In this document: piece by piece, positions 57,589 to 64,000 of the stretch | Numbering within the stretch: position 1 is the stretch's first letter | Layout of the letters: each line of letters opens with the position of its first letter | From: Monocercomonoides exilis PA203 | Lineage: Eukaryota > Protista > Preaxostyla | NCBI GenBank assembly: GCA_001643675.2 | Contig: LSRY02000032.1 | Location: 868,001-932,000, forward strand | Direction: 5' to 3' | DNA length: 64,000 nucleotides | Notes under the pieces: generated by a model | What the model saw: the letters and a program-made list of their open reading frames with translations, nothing else | Databases searched by the model: none | What the model was told of the DNA's origin: nothing | Made by a program: the position numbers and the translations under genes

Positions 57589-59676
57589 ATGTCTCAAATA
57601 CCTAGCCGAGAAAAGGTTGCTCACAGAGCATTTTATCGGTTATTAGGGTATGCAAGCTTTATGAAAGTTTACAGATTTGTTATCTTTATAAACATTACAT
57701 TTATTTAAGTCGAAACAAAGATGAAGAAGATGAATTAGCCAAAAGACCAAGAACTTTGATGGAAGAAAAAGCTGCATTAATTCAAGAAAGAGAAGAAGGT
57801 CTGAAAAACTAATTAATGTTTTATTTATATTTTTAATAATTTCTTTGAAGCTGGCCCAATTGATGAGGAGGAAGAAGCCATGAAGGAAGAAGCTGAAATT
57901 TTGAGAGAATTACGGGTTGCTGTCAAGCCTATTATATCTGCAAAAGAATGGGCCGAAGGTGTTGTATATACGGAGCCAATGCCATCAACGTTTGCTTTAA
58001 TTTATTTTTTCAAAGCATTTAATTGATAACATTTTGAAAAATAATATTCAAAGATGGAAGCCTCCACAATTTCTTTTGGATATGAGCGAAGAAGACAGAG
58101 AGAAAATTAGACGTAAATTTAATATTATCGCAGATGGATCAAACTTGCCTCCACCTGTTCTGCGGTTTATTGTATGATATTCTTCTTTTTACAACTTATT
58201 TCCTTAATATTTTGCTTAAATCCCTTTTCAGGATTTTAAATTACCACATCCATTTCTTACTGTTTTGAAAAAACGAGGCATCAAGAAGCCGACACCTATC
58301 CAGATGCAAGCATTAAGCGCGGGACTGTCTGGACGTGATTTGATTGGCATAGCCTACACTGGCTCAGGAAAAACTTTGGTTTTTATAGTTCCTGCACTAA
58401 TTCAGGCATTGGAGGAAGAAATGAGATTGCCTCTTGTTGGAGGCGAAGGCCCGTTTGCCCTTGTTCTGTGCCCTTCCCGCGAGCTGGCGCGTCAAACGTT
58501 TGAATTTGCAGAGGAGTTCACATCAACTTTGGTTGAGGAAGGATATCCAGAGTTGCGCTGTGTGCTGTGCATAGGCCAAATTGACATGCGCGAGCAGCTG
58601 CAAAAGGCGCGACGTGGGTTCCATCTGGTTGTAGCTACACCTGGACGGCTGCTGGAGATGCTGAAGAAGAACCGAATCAACCTGGAGATGTGCAAATATG
58701 TTTGTCTGGATGAAGCTGATCGAATGCTCGACCAAACATTCGAGGAAGACGTTCGCAACATCTTCACATTCTTCAAAGGGCAGCGGCAGACGCTGCTTTT
58801 CTCTGCCACAATGCCCACAAAGGTGCAGTCCTTTGCAGCTGAGTGGCTGGTCAAGCCGATTATTGTGAACACGGGGAGAGCTGGTGCAGCCAACATGGAT
58901 GTGATCCAGGAGGTGGAGCTGGTGAAACAAGAGGCGAAGACTGTGTATCTGCTGGAGTGCTTGCAGAAGACAGCACCGCCTGTGCTGATATTCTGCGAGA
59001 ACAAGGCAGATGTCGACACAATTCACGAGTATTTGCTGCTGAAAGGTGTTCTTGCCACAGCCATCCACGGCGATATGAACCAGGAGGACAGAGACGCAGC
59101 AATAAAAGCATTTAAAAGCGGAAAGAAAGACGTGCTTGTGGCAACAGATATCGCTTCGAAAGGGCTGGATTTTCCAGACATACAGCATGTGATTAATTAT
59201 GATATGGTGTGATTTTATTGTTATTAAGAATTTATTATAATATCAATGCAATTTTCAATAATTCATTTATTTTTTTTTCTAATCTCCAACTTTGTTATTT
59301 AAATACAACTCCAATGTCTCAACTAATTCAGCCACACGACATCGAAAACTACATCCATCGAATTGGTCGTACAGGCAGATCCAACAAGACAGGTGTAGCC
59401 ACGACGTTCATCAACAAGACGTGTTCTGACTCTGTTCTTCTGGATCTGAAGCACCTGCTCATCGAGGCCAAGCAGACTGTCCCGCCTGTGCTTCTGTCTA
59501 TTCCTGATCCGAATGAGCACCGCGTGGCGAAGGACGGGTCGGTCGGGTGCGCCTTCTGCGGAGGGCTGGGCCATCGTGTGGCAAACTGCCCGAAGCTCGA
59601 AAAGCAGACGCTTCAGAACATGCCCACACAGAGCGAGAAAGAGACATTCAGCGCAGCGTCTGGGAAGGAGTGGTAA
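57589..59676 (+). CDS. DDX41: DEAD-box RNA helicase DDX41/Abstrakt; exons 57589-57647, 57710-57798, 57851-57989, ~58053-58171, 58232-59206, 59332-59676
   Basis: [82 protein letters not shown] and C-terminal Zn knuckle [14 protein letters not shown]. Introns preserve frame. Confidence 0.93.
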
Positions 59677-60078
59677 AAAAGGAGATGGAAAGGAGTTGCA
59701 TTGTGGTTATTTTAATGATTGTGAGAAAGAAAGATAATAATAATAACATATATAAATTATTTATTGTCGAGCTTCAAATGCGCTTTTCTTTATATTTTTT
59801 TAAGTTGATTACGAAAAAATAAATTGAATATTTCACTTCCCATTTCATCATCCAATTCATCCTTATCACATTTTATTGCTAAAGAATAAAACAAGCAGCT
59901 TTGTTTTGTTAAGTTATTCGAAATGAAAATGTTGAAATGAAGTTGAAATTTAACACTTACGAAAGCAAAAGTACTTTGACTTTTGCAATTTCAAAGAATT
60001 TGAGTTTGGAGGAAGTGGAACATGAAATGTATTTGCACAAAATGAAATATAAACAGTATTTAAAAAAAAAAAAAGATA

Positions 60079-61974
60079 TCAAGTCAGAGTAGCAGAGTCA
60101 TTCGCAGAAGCGCCGAAAAACGGCTGCTCATCGTCAAAAGGTGGGGCGTTCTCGAGATAATCTAAGTAAAGTGGGTCGAGTGTGTCAACTTCGACATGCT
60201 TTGATGTGAACATGCTGTCCTTGTAGCTCTGCAGGTAGCGTGTGAACTCGTTGAGCCAGTTATAGAAGAGCCTCTCGTACTCTTCGTCCTGCATCTGCGG
60301 TGCTCCATCCAGAAGCGAAGGCAGAAGCGCCACCAGCCGCAAAAGATGCTCCACGCCATACACATCGGCAAATGTTGTGGCAGTCGGAGGAAGACGGAAA
60401 GGGGGCTTGGGAATGATTGGGACGTGGGCGAGCTCAGGGGACGGAGGGTGGCTGGTGATGACAAGCTTTGAAATGATTTCTGTAGCAAGGAAAGGAGGCA
60501 GCGAAGGAAGAGGAGATGAAGAGGAAGGAGGCACAGAAGAATCTTCGTTGCTTTGTTTTTCTGGTTTTTGAGATGAATGTTGAGTGATGTGAGACGTGTT
60601 TGATTCGCTTTTAGAAGGCAGTAAAAAGTTGGTGGGATTTTCTGAGCAAAGAGGCTGTTGCGAAGTGCGAGTATTCGACTGTGAAGAAGAAAATATGTTT
60701 GATAGCGAGCATTTTGGCGATAATCCAACCGAAGAAAGCTGATCAGATACTGTCATTTCACTTCCAAAGGGATTGCCTGTTTCCGTCTGACTGCAAATGG
60801 CATGCTCAGATGAAGATGCTGTTGAATGAGATGCTTTCAGCAGCTGCAGAGCCTCAGGCGACTGTGCAAGAACCTTCTCCAAATCCAGCTGATTCAGAAA
60901 GTCGTCTTCTTCTTGCAACTCATCTTGCGATTCCATCAGCTCTTTTTGTGCATTCAGTTTTGCGCGGTTAACCCTCAGCAAATAGTCCACGTACTGAAAT
61001 TGAATAAGCTCTTCCTCTGTCAAAAGCATTGGCCCCATGCAAACATTGAAATAATTAAAGATTCCTCGAATCACTCCTTCTTCATCTTCTTTGGTCGAAT
61101 TCAGGAGCCAGAGAACTTTTTGCCTGTTTGCCACGCGAAGAACTTGCTTCCTGCGCTCTTGAATGTAAAGGGGAAAGGCTGAAAGAATTGAAGAAACATT
61201 TGGTTGACATGGCAAAGGAACAATCTTTACATAATTATTAAAATTAAAAGTATCCATTCATTTACAAAGAGCAATACCATTAATCCTGTGGTTACAGATG
61301 TAAATTCTTCAATCATTTTTGTTTTCAAATCAACTGTTAAATATAATTCGAGTCCTTCTCCGCGCGCCTTTAAAATACATTTTCATAAGGTTATTCAATT
61401 TATTCTTTCAAAAAATAAATGAATAAATCAACTTTGAGCAAACCGCTCTTCTTTGATATCTCCAATCTTCTATCATTTCCCCTGCATCAACATCTGAGTC
61501 TGAGTCGGATTGTTGATGTTTATCTCTTGATTTAAATTGTTCATTTCCACTGGCATTCTGTTGTTCATTTTCATGCAAATTAACGTTTTTTCCAACATTT
61601 TTCGACACTTTCAACTCTTTATTTGAAGCTTGTCGATGAGTGTCGTTTGATTCTTCTTTCATATTGTGAACAAAATTGTTTGGAGTTTTTTTTGAAGATT
61701 TCTTTTTTTGTTTTCGTTTCAATTTGGCTTCTTTTTCCTTTTTCAATTCTTCATAATATAATTTCTTTGTCATTTCAGTATTTTCCTTTGTTTTTTTAAG
61801 TAGTTTTTGAACTGAAACCCACTCATCAAGCGTTGAAGACCATCCAGGGTAGTGAACCAAGTATTCCATGTTTAATCCCTCCCCACGAATCTCCATGATA
61901 ATGGCTTTATAGTAGCAAACTCCTGATTTCGCAAAAACTGCTTCATTTACTTCATATGTTTCTTCTGCGCTCAT
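60079..61974 (-). CDS. MRG15/Eaf3-family chromatin protein (chromo-barrel plus MRG domain), multi-exon
   Basis: N-terminal YYKAII...YLVHYPGWSSTLDEWV. MRG motifs LPCQPNVSSIL, GIFNYFNVCMGPMLL...EE..Q and VYGVEHLLRLVALLP. Confidence 0.87.
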
Positions 61975-62123
61975 ACAAAAATAAAAAATAAATATGTTTG
62001 ATCTTATTCTTTGATTTATCAAAATTTGTCGTAATAATCAAAATGTTCTTGATTGATATTATTGCGAGAAAAATAAATAATAAAAAAAAAGAACGGAGTT
62101 ATTGGCCCCATTAATTATAACAT
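61975..62123. promoter_or_regulatory. Probable compact bidirectional promoter (MRG / MFS)
   Basis: Divergent start codons only ~150 bp apart. Inferred from geometry; no motif identified. Confidence 0.45.
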
Positions 62124-63872
62124 ATGTCAAAGGATAATAAAACAGCTGCAAATTCTGAAAAGAGCAAACCAAAAGTTCATATATGTCGTTTACTTGCTGC
62201 AAGTGCGCATCGCGTTGCAAGTCCGCTCGCTTCTACGATTTCAATGACCGCTTTTTCACCATTGTTGATTCGTTTGTTAAATCGTTATTAATTCGAAAGT
62301 TAGGATATTTGCGATATATTTGAACTGATGTTAGAATATGGAACTCCAACGTGGGCTGTTCCATTGGTTAGATTGCTTGCTCCTCTTGTTGGACTTTTGC
62401 ATCCAGTAATTGGTAGATTCAGCGATAGTTGTACTTCTAGATTTGGCAGAAGAAAACCATATATGTTTGTGGGACTAAATCTTTTGCTTTTGTCAGTTTC
62501 ATGTTTTTATATGATTTCTCGTAAAGGTTTGAGTTTTATTTAACAGATTATGAAATTTTTTGAGAGTTCTTTTTAAGTTTATAAAAAGCCTCTTTCGAAT
62601 ATAATTGTTTTAGTATTTTCATATTTCTTGCAGCTGATGGGTGAAAATTTTATTGGAGTTCCAGGAAGAACTCTTGTTTTTGATATCGCTGGAAAAGAAA
62701 GAAGGTCAACAGGAAATTTTGTGATGCTTCTGCTTACAAGTCTGGGAGCATTTGTTGGATTAGTTATTATTGCTATAAATTATCATGCCTTTTTGATCAT
62801 CGATATTCTTATAATTACCTCGTTTGTTATCACTTTTGTATTTACTCCTGATCCAAAACAGGAGAAGGTTGAAAAAGCAAAACAAAAGAAGACATCCATT
62901 TTGTTGGGCTTCAAGTTTCTTGTAAAGAACCGTCAGTTATTTATTATCATATTGGTTACCCTCTTTTCTTGTCTTGCGTTTTTATATTATGGCTCCTCTT
63001 CAACCTTGTTTATCACAAGTGCGCTGTATCATTCCGATGATCCTAATATAGCTCCAGAAATACGAGAACAAGCATATGCCCGAGGAGTGACCGCTGGTTC
63101 GCTTATGGGGATTGTTCTTATCCTTTCTATGCTTGTTTTTTCTATGTTAATTATGCCATTAATCAACTGCTTTGGACTAAAGGCCGTGGTTTTCACAATT
63201 GAAACATTGGCCACTGCATGCTTGTTTTCTCTAGCTTTCATAAAAAGACTTCATCCAAACACATTATGGTTGGTGTTTTTAACAAATTTAGTTTTTGGTT
63301 CGCTTTCTGCTATGCTGATGATGGTCCCATCTTTAATGATAGCGGAAGCTGTGAAGCCAGAGGAGCTGGGGATGTATATGGGAATTTTTTCGTTGGTAGA
63401 TACAGTGGGTCAAGCAATATCTTCACTTTTGCCTGTTCCAATCAATGCGAGCATGGGCTTGACTTTTGCAGGAATGCATTATTTGCAATGGAATTATTTA
63501 GAAAATGCAATATTGGGATGTGTGTGCTGCATAATATCATTGTTTATACAAAGAAAGAAAAAAGGTGGAGTAAATGATGGAATAACATATTTCACAAAAA
63601 TGAGCCCTGAAAAGAGAGACGAGATGATATCTGCACAATTTTCACTGTTAACTACAATATCATCGGGATCTATGGCAACGTCTATGACTGGGTCAACAGA
63701 GATGTTCGATAAAAAAGCTGAAAGCAGTGACGTTCAGATGGAAATCTGTGCAGCAACAGAAAATAGTTTATATTCATCCTCTTCATCTTCATCTCCTTCC
63801 TCTTATTCTTCTGATGCCGTGAAAGAAAATGCTGATCTTGATCTTCCTTTGATTCAGCATGAATCGCTCTAA
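62124..63872 (+). CDS. MFS transporter, SLC45/sucrose-transporter (GPH)-like, multi-exon
   Basis: PLVGLLHPVIGRFSDSCTSRFGRRKPY, P.R.L..D, AYARGVTAGSL and GMYMGIF. Many hydrophobic helices. Confidence 0.82.
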
Positions 63873-63944
63873 TGAGATCTGATGTTTATTGTTTTATATT
63901 TAAACTTTATATCATTACTATATTAAGTATTGCTTTCATTTCAC

Positions 63945-63985
<41 letters not shown>

Positions 63986-64000
63986 TGGCTTTTAATCATG

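Noticed and set aside
1-64000. Alternative genetic code (TAR = Gln)
   Set aside because: Long genes are open in the standard code and polyQ uses CAA/CAG. TAA and TAG terminate genes, for example DDX41 ending shortly after its Zn knuckle.

Overview
AT-rich eukaryotic genomic DNA with short GT-AG introns and the standard genetic code. The gene families strongly resemble those of the oxymonad Monocercomonoides; this is recognition from memory, not a search. Two gene clusters frame the window. The left cluster (11.5-19.6 kb) holds a hypothetical acidic protein, an LRR protein and CNOT9/Rcd1. The right cluster (51.9-63.9 kb) holds an SDR, a hypothetical protein, DDX41, MRG15/Eaf3 and an SLC45/SUT-like transporter. 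Two near-identical, intronless ~8-kb genes for beta-helix-ectodomain/TM/pseudokinase receptors face each other at 2.0-10.0 kb and 43.5-51.4 kb. They differ mainly in one ~100-aa N-terminal patch and in the kinase C-terminal tail. The 20-43 kb interval is a transposon/pseudogene island. It contains an intact spliced pogo-type (DD35D) element nested in a 1064-bp foldback element with which it shares subterminal motifs, and a non-autonomous hAT element (8-bp TSD) carrying an intron-containing host-gene segment. It also contains a Merlin remnant, three Harbinger/ISL2EU-like remnants and three MITE families, two of them with 4-bp AT-rich TSDs. Reconstructed splice donors are mostly GTNTG rather than GTRAG. 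No rRNA, tRNA or CRISPR array was seen.
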